Shown here: in pieces, positions 38,601 to 51,520 of the stretch
Layout: each line of letters begins with the position of its first letter
Position numbering within the stretch: position 1 is the stretch's first letter
NCBI GenBank assembly: GCA_028534125.1
Contig: CM052816.1
Coordinates: 52,702,001-52,766,000 of the forward strand
Origin: Lama glama
Taxonomy: Eukaryota
DNA: 64,000 bases
Direction of reading: 5' to 3'
Position numbers and translations under genes: made by a program
Notes under the pieces: generated by a model
Told to the model about the DNA's origin: nothing
The model's database searches: none
Seen by the model: only the letters and a program-made list of their open reading frames with translations

Positions 38601-39066
38601 GGCGGGCAGCGTGGTCCAACACAAACCTGAGGGAACATTACAAGGCTGTGATTCAGACGCACCTGTCATCACCTGGTCTCAGCAACCCCTGTGGCCAGCA
38701 AAGATTCCCAGCGCAGTGAGTCACTAAGGCAAGAAAAATCAGAGAGACCAGAAGGTACTGAATTTCAAGACTGACCAAGAAGCAGGCTGTGAATAGACTC
38801 TCACTGAATATCTTAGGTCCTTCCCCTACAATCTGAAAGATGGATGTGAAGGAGGGGTTGGAAGCCCTGGTCCTGCTCATGAACTGCCCAGTGGGAGTGT
38901 GGACCTCAGACTCTGAAATCCTAGGCCGAAAGGCACTAGGACCCCCTGACTTCAGCTTCACTGGGCTCTGTATTCTAGACATGGTGGAAATGAAGGCTGG
39001 AGGTGCTATAAGAAAAAAGTTGAAATAAACACCTATCTTGTGACTGGGTCAAGATCCTTACTATTT

Positions 39067-39566
39067 NNNNNNNNNNNNNNNNNNNNNNNNNNNNNNNNNN
39101 NNNNNNNNNNNNNNNNNNNNNNNNNNNNNNNNNNNNNNNNNNNNNNNNNNNNNNNNNNNNNNNNNNNNNNNNNNNNNNNNNNNNNNNNNNNNNNNNNNNN
39201 NNNNNNNNNNNNNNNNNNNNNNNNNNNNNNNNNNNNNNNNNNNNNNNNNNNNNNNNNNNNNNNNNNNNNNNNNNNNNNNNNNNNNNNNNNNNNNNNNNNN
39301 NNNNNNNNNNNNNNNNNNNNNNNNNNNNNNNNNNNNNNNNNNNNNNNNNNNNNNNNNNNNNNNNNNNNNNNNNNNNNNNNNNNNNNNNNNNNNNNNNNNN
39401 NNNNNNNNNNNNNNNNNNNNNNNNNNNNNNNNNNNNNNNNNNNNNNNNNNNNNNNNNNNNNNNNNNNNNNNNNNNNNNNNNNNNNNNNNNNNNNNNNNNN
39501 NNNNNNNNNNNNNNNNNNNNNNNNNNNNNNNNNNNNNNNNNNNNNNNNNNNNNNNNNNNNNNNNNN
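39067..39566. other. Assembly gap (500 N)
   Basis: Run of N. Confidence 1.
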
Positions 39567-39990
39567 CCAGTTTATCCCTCCCCACCCCCTACCCCCCCCC
39601 CCAGTAACCATAAGTTTGTTTTCTATGTCTGTGAGTTTATTTGTTTTGTAAATAAGTTAATTCGTGCCTTTTTTTAAGATTCTGCATGTAAATGATATCA
39701 TATGGTATTTTTCTTTCTCTTTCTGGCTTACTTCACTTAGAATGACTATCTCTAGTTTCATCTATGTTGCTGCAAATGGCATTATTTTATTCTTCTTTAT
39801 GGCTGAGTATTATTCCATTGTATAAATATACCACAACTTCTTTATCCAGTCATCTGTCAATGAACATTTAGGTTGTTTCTATGTCTTGGCTATTGTGCTG
39901 CTATGAACATTGGGGTGCATGTATCTTTCTGAATTAGAGTTCCCTCTGGATATACACTCAGGAGTGGGATTGCTGTATTACATGGTAAAT
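39567..39990 (-). mobile_element. L1 3' region (reverse), running into the gap
   Basis: ctggcttacttcacttagaatga...ttatggctgagtattattccattgt...tgctatgaacattggggtgcatgtatc...ggagtgggattgctg. Confidence 0.9.
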
Positions 39991-39994
39991 CTTG

Positions 39995-40165
39995 CTAGAT
40001 ATTTTATATCCATGAACTCATTTTGTTCTAACAATTCCATGAAGTAAGTTCTACATTCAGATGAAGCTGCGAAGAAGAGAAGAAAGAACTAGCTCACAGA
40101 GACACAGCTGGTTGGTGGCAGAGCCAGGATTCAAACCCAGGTTGGTCAGAAGCCTAAGGCTCTAA
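39995..40165 (-). mobile_element. MIR SINE
   Basis: cacagctggttggtggcagagccaggattcaaacccagg. Confidence 0.7.
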
Positions 40166-40201
40166 ACTGCCCCCTCCCTTGCTCTAAACTGCCCCCTCCC
40201 T
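40159..40201 (+). repeat. 22-bp tandem duplication
   Basis: gctctaaactgccccctccct(t) x2. Confidence 0.9.
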
Positions 40202-40219
40202 GGCCTCCCTTCATGCTGT

Positions 40220-40735
40220 GTTGGGAAGGAGTTCAGAACATGTCACTCCCAAATATTGCCACTCGGGCATATTGACTATTTTGAGGTAAAGGCACTTGAA
40301 AAACAGCAAGTACAAGAAAAACACTCTGACCTTCCCTCTTTTTCTTAAAAGCAGGAGATGAAATTCCCACATGAAAGATGTCTTCCCTCTACCAGCAGGA
40401 AAGTCACATTCCTATCATCGGGAGAATTTGAGATGGAGAGATTTTTCTACAATCAGACCTCGATAAAAGAATTCTTATCTTCCTTTCGCTTCCCCACATA
40501 GTTTTTAGTCACTTTTCCACAACTGCCTCTCTTTGTTCAACCTAACGTAAAAGCAAGTAGGTTTCACCATTTCTTGGGTCTTCATTTCCCTATGAGGACT
40601 CCTGTGTCACAGAAAACCTGTGTGAGACAAATATGTATGTTGCTCTCCCATTGCTCTGTCTTCTGTCCATTTAATTCACAGGCCCAGCCAAAGAGAACCC
40701 TATGAGGGCGGAGGTCAGGGTCTGGCTCCCTTAGA
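40220..40735 (+). mobile_element. ERV1 solo LTR, MER34/MER39-like
   Basis: cagaacatgtcactcccaaatattgccactcgggcatattgactattttgagg ... cacaggcccagccaaagagaaccc matches recalled MER34-group LTRs. Confidence 0.7.
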
Positions 40736-42239
40736 ACTGTTCCCTTCCAAGCTCAGTTCTCCTGCCTGCGCTTTATCTTTTCTTCTATCTTCCCAGCCTT
40801 TCCTACAGACAGGGGTGGTTGCTGGGCAGCCTCTCTGTGAAGGTCAGCTGTCCTCGGGCAGGTCTGCCTGGTGTGGGACTTTCTGCTGAGCTATGCCACG
40901 GATATCACCACCGTGAAAAATCCAAGCAGAATGTGTGCGATCCATGTCCTAGGTAATGAAAAGAGATGCTTAAAGGCTTTCTGGAAGAAAAGCCTTCTTT
41001 AGAAACCTGGGAGGTGCAGGAGGCCACACGTGGAATCAAGATCCCACCCACTCCAAGTCCCCCTAGAGAGAGAGCATGCGCCCAGAGGCACATCGTTCAA
41101 GACTCTCCTGCAGAATGAAGGCCTCTCTTGAATGTACATTTTGTAAAACCATTTCAGTCAAGTGAGGAAAGCTGACTTCTCAACATGGAAAGATAGTTTT
41201 GACAGCAGTCCTGGAAAAAACACTGGGTCTTGGATACTCAATCAAATAAATTAACTTGGAGGCCCAGCTGGATTCCCCAAGCAAAGAGCGTGCAGCTTCT
41301 AAACCCTTCTTCTCCTCGTCAGAGGGACGGTACGCGTACAGACACGGAACATTCCAGGAGCGGCCTCACAGGCATCTTGCGGTGTATCCATTCCCCAGGG
41401 GGAGCAGCGGGCAGCTCATCCACTTCCCAGATGGTGGGTTTTGGAAGACAGAGGCTGGCTACTCTCCAAGCCCTTTCCTGATTGCCTGACTTTGGCTTGG
41501 GGACCAGGGTGGAGACCGCTGCTCTGAGAAATGCATTTGCTGTTCGGTTGCAAAACTTCTCCAAGTGATTGATGAACCAGCCCCAGGGAAGAAGAAGTAA
41601 GTCACCAGCACCTGAAATATAGCCACCTCTAGGGGGAAATATTTCACCCTTTCAGGAAGCCCCAAGCCACATGGACATTAATTAGAACAGGAATGAAAGA
41701 GGATCAGATTCTGCTGTGGTTGTAGGGACCCCAGGCGGGCTACCAGAGGAGACATGGTCTCCATAAGGAGATGAGAAATTTACTCGCAGTAAATCTGACC
41801 TTTGTCTTCCCCTTTGGCTAAATGTCCCTAGTATCTGATCCAGCCCCCCGTGGGGGCCATAACTCTTTCACAGCAGATGCTGTTGGCCAGCCTTAGGAAA
41901 TCAGGCGGCTGCCCTCCAGCCTGCAGGTGGAAAGGTCACAGGGCGCGTTGGCCCAGGGCAGGCTTCTGGCTCCGGGAAGAGCTAAGTTCAGAGCCGGCCT
42001 TTTGGGGAAGCCACCAGCCTTGTTCAGGCCAGATCACCAAACTTTACGTCCCCATCTTGTGACCTTGTCACAATAAGGTCACCTCTCTGGGCCTTTGCTT
42101 CTTCTTGTACATAAGGTAGGGATCAGACCAGATATGTATCCTCACGCCTTTATTAGCAGTGGCACCCATTTTATAGACTAAATACTACAAGATACCCCAA
42201 AACACATCAAACAAATTCATGTGGAGCTTCTTCAAGGTT

Positions 42240-42470
42240 GGTGTAATGTGATGGAAAGGAGTTTCATCATTCACATTCCAGTGCTGTCACTTACTATTTA
42301 CATGCCCTTGAACGAGTTATCTATCTGCCAAGCCTTAGTGTTCTCATCCATAAAATGGGAATTATAATAATACCCACTGCATCGAGTGATTGTAAGAACT
42401 GAGGGGATAATGCATGGCAAGCACTCGGTATAGAAGGGCTGGATAAGCACCTGTGACTGCTATCTGTTAT
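42240..42470 (+). mobile_element. MIR SINE
   Basis: ccttagtgttctcatccataaaatgggaattataataatacc core. Confidence 0.7.
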
Positions 42471-43884
42471 TCACCACAAACAGATTGTAGCCAGTGGGGA
42501 GTTTCATACATTCAATCCTTCCCCCTCATTCAACTGCATCCTTCTGCAGCTGTAAAGAAGCGGTGAGAGAACTCAGGGCTCTGTGGAGCCCAGCCTGAAA
42601 ACCCCTGGATAGATAGATGAGTGTTTGCCAGACTTTCTGAGATCATAGTCTCCTGAGGAGTTTACCAGACACCCAGGTGTCTGGTTGTCACCGAACTCCA
42701 GCTGTGGTGAGAGTCCCACGGCTTTGTGCTTCGCAGGTGCACAAGGTGCTTCTTATCTTCAAGCTCTCTCGGGCAACACCAGGAGAGGATCTCGACAGTC
42801 CCTTCAGCTCTAGTATGCCAGGATCCCAACTCTTTCTCTGCCTCCATCAGGGCCAGGACCCCCACCCAGATAACCCTGTGGGCTCCAGGTCACCCCTACC
42901 ATGCTGGTGTGGAAGCGGCCGGCGCCAGGCTCTGACACGCCTGCGGGCGCAGCTGGGGCTCGCCCTCTCGCTGACCTCCCGGACTCTGGCCTCTCAGTCT
43001 AAACCCATGGCTCTTGCCCATCCTCTCTGCCTCAGCTGACTTTTCTGGCCCTCACATGTGCCTGCCCAGAACCAAGGTCTCTGCCTGACCTCCCCCTGGC
43101 CTGCTGTGTTCTGTTATTGCCAGTATCCTGGTGGGACAATTTCACGGGTGAAATTAGAACACGTTAGAGTAAGAAATCTAAAGAGATGCTATTTTCTGCC
43201 TAATCTGTTTTCTCCCCATGGGTCAATCTGGCTGCACTTTTATTTTGAAATAAAAGAATCTAGAAACAAATGAGCAAACACCTTATAATTGAGAACCATC
43301 TGCAGAAAATCCCACATAGCAACTCCAAGGTCAAAGCTTATCTGTTCTGCCTCATACACAAAACAGCCAGCGGGCAGGCAGGATGGGAAATCACAGGATC
43401 AGAAAAAAGTATGGGTAAAAGCAAGCATCTTCTTTTCAACTGAGTGTAAAAGTAAGAGTTCTCTCCGCCACCCAAAATCCTGAAACTAAGAACATTGGTG
43501 TATTTCACAGAAACAACAACGATCCTGTTGAGTTGGCTGGGGCGGTCAGGAAAAATCCACAGCAGCCCTGAGACTCATGCTTGGCTCTTTCCTTCTCTTT
43601 GATCCCAGATTTTCATTTTTTTTTAAAGTGCCATCTGTTCTTCCTATAACTTTCACGTTGGAGAGAAATAATTTCAATTCTTGAAATTGTGTATTTTCTT
43701 TCTTTCCCTCAGTCTGGTTCCCTCTTTCAGCATAGGTGAAGGTGAGAGAGGGAGGCAGAACTGAGTTTCTATTAACACTGTGAATGACTAACTCCCACCA
43801 GGAAAGGACGAGCCCTGTGACGCCAGGCTAGTAAGCAGTGTTACAAGGAGACACACAGTAGGATTTGTTCAGGTTGCCTACAGA

Positions 43885-44035
43885 CCTTTGCATGATAATG
43901 GAAACGTTCTATATCTGCCTTGCTCAGTAGAGTAGCCACGAGCCACACCTGGCTTGTGAGCTCTTAAAATGTGGCTCATGCAAATAAGGAACTAAATTTT
44001 TACATTTATTTCACTTAAATTAATTTAAATCTAAA
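43885..44035 (+). mobile_element. MER3-like hAT-Charlie MITE fragment
   Basis: atgataatggaaacgttctatatctgc...gtagccacgagccacacctggc...aaatgtggct...aggaactaaattttt. Confidence 0.75.
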
Positions 44036-44042
44036 GTTAAAT

Positions 44043-44237
44043 ATTTTTATTGAAGTATAGTCGGTTTACAGTGTTGTGTTAATTTCTGCTGTACAGCATA
44101 GTGATTTAGTTATACATGTATATATATTCCTTTTCATATTCTTTTTCCTCATATTCTATTACAAGGTATTGAATATAGTTCCCTGTGCTACACAGTAGAA
44201 CCTCGTTCATCTGTTTTATATATAGTAGTTAGTATTT
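44043..44237 (-). mobile_element. Short L1 3'-terminal fragment (reverse)
   Basis: ttttattgaagtatagtcggtttacagtgttgtgttaatttctgctgtacagc...gaatatagttccctgtgct; same family as 33775 and 61803 fragments. Confidence 0.85.
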
Positions 44238-45106
44238 AGATATATGACACAGTTTAGGGGATTTGTTGTGTGTGTGTGTGTGTGTTAGGGGAGACTTTAG
44301 GGAAGGTAAGTAAAGCTAGGATCCTGCAGCAGCAGGCTTTGACCCCCCTGCCTCCTCTCTTGGTCTTTTCTTGGTCCATGGCTCCCTCCATGCACCACCA
44401 CCAATGGCCCAAACATCTCATGAATCAGAGTCCTCCAGCATAGGGCCACATAACTTTTTTTTTTCTTTTCTTCAATGATTGTAGTTTCCAGCTACTGTTG
44501 TCATTATGTGGGCTCTCCTGATCTAACTCTACTCTTTAAGATTTCTAGCATAAAAATTAGTTTCACCTAGGAGGCTAACTCCAATCCACACCATTAAGTA
44601 CTTTTGTGAGAAGGAATGTGAGATCAAGCCTGTTCAGCCCAGAGAGCACAGCAGAAGCCATTAGAAATGTCTGCTGTGGCTGCAGGCACTGGGGAGATGG
44701 TGGCACTGTTTCTTGTGTCTGCCAGCCTCACAGTCAAGCCTTATTGTTGCTTTGCTTCATAAACTAGTGAACCAATCAACTTGCACACATCCAGTACATT
44801 CTGTAACGGTGCTGTCAGGCCGATGCAATTTGATTTCTTTTACAACCGACAGCCTCTTGTTTTCTTTCTCTCTCTCTCTTTCTCCACTAATGCTTGCCTA
44901 CCTTTCCAACCCACCATTGTACCTCCAACCCCAAAACCTGTGACACTTTAAAGTCTCTTGGCAAGATACTACTAAAATACATAAATCATTCATATGAAGT
45001 TAATCTGTTCTTTAAAAAGAGGCAACTAGGCCAGCCAGGTTGAATTAAGGGAATGGAAACCAACCCTTCCCACAAGTCTGCCATTCTGGGCTAAAAGAAA
45101 AAGCCG

Positions 45107-45255
45107 GTGGTGAGAGTATAGTTCAATGGTAGAGTGTGTGCCTAGCATACCCAAGGTCCTGGGCTCAATCCCAGCATCTCCATCAATAAATAAATAAGTA
45201 AGTACACCTAATTACTTCCCTCTCAACAAAAAAATCAAAAAAAAAAAAAAAAAAA
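45107..45255 (+). mobile_element. tRNA-derived camelid-type SINE (Vic-1-like) with poly(A) tail
   Basis: gtatagttcaatggtagagtg...ggtcctgggctcaatccc...cctaattacttccc then poly(A); aaagcc on both sides. Confidence 0.85.
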
Positions 45256-46739
45256 CCCAAAGCCATTGACTCCTGGTTTTCTCCGACTCAGGATTGTATA
45301 GGGCTCTTTTACAGTGCTGGGTCATCGATGATGTCACTTAATTCCCATAACCAACATGAAAAGGGCAGGTCACATGCTACAGATGAAGAAACAAGAGGTC
45401 CAGGGTGGACAAATGCCTGGCTGATAGTCACGGGGTAATTTTCTGCTGGAAGCAGGGATCACAGACTGAGACTGAGGGGGACCTGGGCATTCCTAGGTGG
45501 GATGGTGTGAGCTGCTGCGGGCATACCCTCTCCTCCCCTCCAAAATATGAATGACTTGGAGGTGCATTGATTAGGCTATTATTGGGTTCTAGGACTTCTC
45601 TGTTTCCAGCAGGCTACAGAGGCTTGGAGAAACCAAGTTATACAATAATAAACAGAAACATGAAAGTCTAAGTTAATTTCAAAATATGATCCGACAGCAG
45701 AGGATCCTACCTGCTCAGGCAGTGTGGTCAGAGCTGCAGTAGAAGCTGAGGCAGAAGGAAGGCAGTGTAGGAAGTAAAACAGAGCCCAGCACTTTTAGCA
45801 AATGCTCACTTGTTTGCAGAAATAATATCTTCAAAGAGAAGGGAAAAAAAAAAAACAACACTTGGGTGTCTTAGTAGTGGGCCAAAAAGAGATCCTGGAG
45901 GAGCAAGTATGGCTATCGGACTGAAGAAAAGTAGGGCACAGCTATGAAAACTAGCCTGGGCTCGGCCTCATGCCCTTCAGGTGCACAGCAAGGCCGGGAA
46001 GTCTGGCCTCCTGCTTCCGGGGAGCCTTGCAGGCCTCCGAACACAGGCGCCTCAGCAAATACGTGCTAGCTGATTACCTAATTTTAAACTCTCATGCATG
46101 TACATTTTTCAAGGAAATTTGGCAAGGGAAACCAAGTAACTATTTTTGGTTTTGCTTTAGGTTACACTTTATTCTGCACAATTTTGAGCCAATACAGTGA
46201 GAATATATCATTACATACGGGGTAGTTTCAGCAACTTTGCAGGAGATGAACTTCCTGCCACTGGTATTTATGTTCTGATGCAGAAGACATCAAAAGGAGG
46301 TGTTAGTGAACAGCTCACAGTTCTAGACGTTTTATCTTCAATCTGTATTTGATTTTCTTCTCACCCATTTCCATGTCTCCTCTTCCTGTGAGAGTATGGC
46401 TGGGGACGAGGGGGCACAGCTCAGCAAGATCTAGGGCTGTGAGTCCTGACCACAGCTGAAGTAGCTTTGAAAAATTCCTTTCCATCATGCCTCTCATATA
46501 GTGAGGGTGAACTAAGGAGCAAGGAGAAATACTGTCAGGGTCAGACCAAGTCTGCTGGGGACTGTGTAGGACAAGGAGGGGAAGAGGAGCTCGACTTTCC
46601 ACCATCTGGCTCTTCACCCCCCTATAAATGGTGCCCCTTGAAGTGGAGGCCACTGCCGGGTAGAAGGGGAGAAGCAGAGAAGCAGGAATAGCGTCCGGAA
46701 CCCATTGCCTGATCTGTTTCCTCCTCACCCTCTTTTTCT

Positions 46740-47320
46740 TTCACCCAACTCAAAATTTTAAAACTCTTCATTTTCACTTTATCCTACATATTCAAAAATT
46801 TTTCTGTAGTGTTTACAAATCCCATGTTATCGTTAGCTTCACTTACTAATATGTTTTTAAGTTCTCACCTAATTGCTTTTGGGTTTTATTTTAATAACAT
46901 ATCACTTCATTTTTTTATGTTTTTAATCTCCTATTGGAGTTCAGCCATTTATCCTATTTTAAACCTCATCTAGCTTCTCTTTTGAAAAAAACTCTTAATA
47001 TTCTTTTATTAGAATGGTAACTTTTCTTCCAACTTCCTAGATACAAACTTTCTTAAATATTATTTTTTGAATTTGAAGATTTTCATTCCTCTCATTTTAA
47101 AACTCAGTTTACTTTAGTTATTTTTTCTTCCTTTATTTAGCTTGAAATTTCAAAGTGCTTATTTTAAAAATTATTTTGAGATAACTTTTTGTGTTTAAAA
47201 TGTTTGATTTTAAGCCCATCTTAATATTTTAGTCTTCTTTTACTTTGGAAATTAAATCTTCAGGAAGTGATAACCTTTCTGTTCTTCATATATGTATTAT
47301 TTTCCATGATTTGTTTACCA
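46740..47320 (-). mobile_element. Very T-rich tract, probably an old reverse L1 fragment
   Basis: Strong T-skew typical of antisense L1; no diagnostic motif resolved. Confidence 0.35.
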
Positions 47321-48772
47321 AATGGTGAGCAGAAGTGTAGCCCCCGGAGTGCTCAGAGTAGGAAACACCCCATAGACAGGCTGGAGGTCACCTTCCCTCC
47401 TGCTGCCCCTGTAGGCTCCCTTATCTTCTCTTAGCAGAGACACCACCCCAGTTAAGCGCTATTTGACAAAAACCATTTCCTCATCTGGCTGGAGAGATCT
47501 AAGAGTTAAAGCCCACCCTGCCCCCAGGCAGGAAACCTCATGGTACAGATGGAGCCTTAGGAAGAATAACTCCGTGGCCTCCCTTTCTGTCTCTCCTGTG
47601 CTCTGAGGATCTTTGGGGCCTGGCTAAGATCTGTGCGTCTGAGTCTAAGCCATTCTTTGCTCTGCTACGGGGAACAGGATGCCACTGAGGGGAGATTAAT
47701 GAAGATTTGTGGGCCCAGGATGCCTGGCTTAACTCTCAGAGCCCCTCTGGAGTGATGAGATACCGATTCTATGCAGTGTGCCTCTGGATCTCCTTTGAGT
47801 CCCTTTGGAGAAACCCCCAAGGGGGCTGTCTTCTTGAAGATGGCATCTGCCTCACTGCTGCATACTCCAGCGTTCTGCACTCCTGCCTATTTGGAGAACG
47901 GTATCTTCCGTACACCTTTCCTGACACACAGACTGGCTGTTCCAACTGCCTTTCTCGCTGTTCCACATCCACTATCCCCTTGGGAATGTTCCACTGGCTC
48001 TGTTACCCTGGTGCAGACAACATGGTTCAGAAAGCCTGTGAGCCCCTTAATTCTAGAAAGTGTCTAAACGAAAACTGTTGTAGCTCAGAGGAGCTTGGCC
48101 TGCCAGATCTTGTGAGCCAGCCTACCAGGAAAAGCCCAACCAAATTCCACTCTGAAAAGCTTGACCTAAAGCCCAGCGTTACCTGAGTGTCAAATAAGAG
48201 ACACCCCCGAGGAGAAGCAAATAAAGAAGCAGGTGAGATTTGGGCATATTTAGGCACAAATTTCGGCCTTGGAATTATCTACTTAACCTGGGTAAAAAAT
48301 CTTTCCGTTGAGGAATGTTCATAGGATCCGCTTTGTTTGGGTACATTCTTCTCTGGGGAACCAAGAGCTGAAAAAGGTTTATTCCCAGGAAGCATGCCAG
48401 GTTTGCATTCACCACAGTCCAATCTGCTTCTTCCTGTAGTTCTGTACCCAGAAAAGTCTCCTGCCTGTACCCAAGGAATGAGCAGATGGGTCGGGGTGGG
48501 GTGGGGATCCGTGGAACTGTTGCCATAAAAAGCTCTCAACAGAAATAACACCTTGTCCTTCCTGCAGCACTTAATACTGCCCTCCCCAGGGCAGATGCTC
48601 ATGAAAATGTGTTGCATGGCATCGAACCCAGGCCACAGGCTTCCCTTGCTGCCTCAGGGATGGCTATATGGAGACCACCCCATCAGTCATGCTTCCTCAC
48701 AGAGGAAGTTCAAGGTTCCTCCAGTCCTGAGTCCTGGGGTAGAGAGAGGTGCAGGGAGGAGCCTCAACCAGC

Positions 48773-49940
48773 GGCGTGCTCCAGCTTCGAGACAGCATTC
48801 AATTTGCCAGCTCCCTGGGCAGTGCTTGGCCATGGTGCCACCTTGCCACCAGAGCCTTGAGTGTGGACAGAGGGGAAAGGAGCTGGGGATGCCCAAGGCC
48901 ACTCAGGGTGCCTCTCTCCCCCATCATCAGCCTAAGAGGCAAAGTATTGTTCTCCTCCTCCCAGGAGACTCTGGGCTGGACTGAGAGGGAGGGAGGAAGA
49001 GAGGGAGGACAAGGAGTGGCAAGATAGACATTGAAGACAGACAATCTTCAAATTCAAAAAAAGACTACCCACCTGATAACAGTGACCTGTAATATTCAAT
49101 GCTACTGACTGTGCTGAAAGAGCGTTGCTTATTTTGAAGGACAATATAGTCACATGAAACCAGCACTTTAAAAAAAGTTAATATTCTGAATTTGAGGACC
49201 AACCCTTCGAGGGGTGAAAAATCATATTTGAAGCAAAGACTTAGATACAAGGAAGTTTTATCACAGCATTATCTACAATCCAAAACCACCACCACCAACA
49301 AAGCAAAAACAAACCAAAAAAAAAAAAACAACAAAAAACAAACCCACAACTTAAATGCCAAGGGTACATTCAGATGGTGGACCATTTTTCAGTCATTATA
49401 CATCAGATTTTCCCTACCTATTGACACAGCAAGATGCTCTAGTATAATCCCTATCTTTGAAAAAATGATCAAAATTTGCCAAATTTCCTCATTTCTAAGA
49501 TACTAACAACTGAACAAGGTACCAGAGGCTCAACAAAATCTTTTAAGGAACATTAGAAAGTGAGCAATATGTGCCTTAGAACAGAAGAAATGTAGTACCT
49601 CTCTGGGATTACTACTGACTTTTATTTTCTTCTTTACACTTTTTTGTATTTTCCAAATCTTTAACAGTGAGAATAACTGGCTTGTAGGATTGCTGGGATC
49701 TGTGTCTGTTTCCTGCTGAATGAAGGCAAGTACCACTGTGGTCTCCCTGCCCCTGATGCCCTCCGCTCAGGGAGGCTGAAGGAATCACCAGATTGGTGGA
49801 TTTAGAGGTGACGCTGGACTTTCCCAGCTTGTGCCACTCCCCTTCCTTCAGGAAGCCCACCTACCAGCCCAGAGCACATCCTCTAGATTGCCCAGCTAAT
49901 GGGAGGAAGGCGTGCTCCAGCTTCGAGACAGCATTCAATT
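48773..49940 (+). repeat. Exact 32-bp dispersed direct repeat (48773-48804 and 49909-49940)
   Basis: ggcgtgctccagcttcgagacagcattcaatt occurs twice, 1136 bp apart. Confidence 0.95.
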
Positions 49941-50869
49941 GCAGGGGCTATCATTTGGGGGGTTTAGTTCAGCTCTGGGATTCAGTATTAGGAAGCCCAC
50001 TTGCCTGCTGATATAGAAAGTTGATTTTCTATTATCAACTTTATCAGTGAACTGGTCATAATTGGTTTCCCAAGTGCCTACTTTTTTGTCTTATTTCTCA
50101 GTTCAAAACACAGGCATGGAAGAGGGGTGCTCTACTGAACCCTCTCAAAGCCTCTAACAAATAGGTTAAATATCATAGTCAGAAAAGAATCACTGCACAG
50201 AGAAAAAACCTAGGTAAGCATAGCCAAGCCCTCTGGGGAATGATGCTCCCCACACAGTGAGCTCTGTGTAGGGTCTGGGGAGGGTACAAGGACCAGGGCA
50301 TTCAGGACGGGCCTCTATGGAGACCGGAGAGCCAGTGGGAACCCTAGGTCAGAGCTGTCTTCTCTCTCCTCTTTGTGCTTCAGCATCTCAGTTACAAGAT
50401 GCCACTGAGAGAAGAATCTGCTTCTCCTCTCCTTGCAGCATCTCTTGGTTGCTAAGCAGATCCCTTGGGTAACTATGTGGGCATAAAACCTTTGCAGAAC
50501 TGCCAGGAATCTGCTTCATCCAATTGTCAAAATGAAAAATGAAATCATTCCTCTCACCTGTCACTACTTTGCACAAAGCTTCCATTATTGAATGGTGATG
50601 GCCCAGAATGTTATTCTCACCTACTTGCAGGAATATAAATGAGTTTTGCATATTTTACCCCCAAAAGAGTGGGAGGGGAGGAAGAGGGTGCTGGGATCTC
50701 TCAAGATGATACTCTTGTGAGTCAATGATCGGGAAGAAGCAGGTGGAACAAATCAGCAGTGTCTTCTGCCCTTGGAAAAATGGTGCTTCAGGCAGGTGAA
50801 GACTTCCTGACTCAGAGCAGGCTCAGAGATGTCTGTGAACCCCTCTGATGACTTCCTGAACTGGATAAC

Positions 50870-50988
50870 CTGTGATCATCTCCTGAATTAGAGTCAGAAT
50901 CACTGAAGGTGAGGCCAAGAAATGTCTACATTTTAAAGAAACTCCTTAGATGATTCTTCTGTGCACGTTAAAGTTTGAAAACCACTGC
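50870..50988. mobile_element. MER5-type MITE fragment
   Basis: gtcagaatcactgaaggtgaggccaagaaat...atgattcttctgtgcacgttaaagtttgaaaaccactg. Confidence 0.7.
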
Positions 50989-50999
50989 TTTCTCTAACA

Positions 51000-51520
51000 T
51001 AGATATGTATACAAACAAGTGCATTAAGATATTATAGGTGTTACGATAGAAGTATGTCCAGGAAGGAATGAGACAATCTCAGCGGGATGGTGCATTTTAA
51101 TTGTGTGTAAGGAAAATGCTGCTTTCAGTCTTGGAAAATGAGTACAGGTTGTCCAGGAAGAGGAGGAAGGGGAGAAGGACATCTTAGGCAGAGGAGAACT
51201 GCTAGCAAAGATACAGCCACCTGAAGCTGGCCTGATGAGCTATGAGCAATAAGAGCTTGAGCACACTGTGTTAGGAGGGGAACCACAAATCAGGGGACAA
51301 GGGGAGGGAGGACCTAGAGGTTAAGAAGTCTAGAATCCAACTTGTGGTCCATGAGTTGTACCGAGAGCAGCATGATCAGATTTGCGTTTTAGAAAGGTCA
51401 CTCTGAGAGCTGCCGCAGAAGGTGGGTTGGAAGGAGCAAGACAGGAGGTGGAGGATCCACCAGAGGCTGTCCTCGCAGCCCAAGCTGGGCCCCGGCTGGT
51501 ATGAGGGTGGCGGAAATGAA
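51000..51520 (-). mobile_element. LINE-2 fragment (reverse)
   Basis: catgatcagatttgcgttttagaaaggtcactctg and ttaggcagaggagaactgc motifs. Confidence 0.6.

Noticed and set aside
39033..39651. Three long ORFs (174-203 aa)
   Set aside because: Artefacts of translating through the N gap.
41622..41640. Second CTCF-like motif (gccacctctagggg)
   Set aside because: Several core mismatches and no upstream module.
45107..45185. tRNA gene-like A/B boxes (also 17030-17099)
   Set aside because: They are SINE heads with SINE bodies and TSDs, not intact tRNAs.
47707..48186. Cys-rich 159-aa ORF
   Set aside because: Non-ATG start and no coherent cysteine spacing or known domain.
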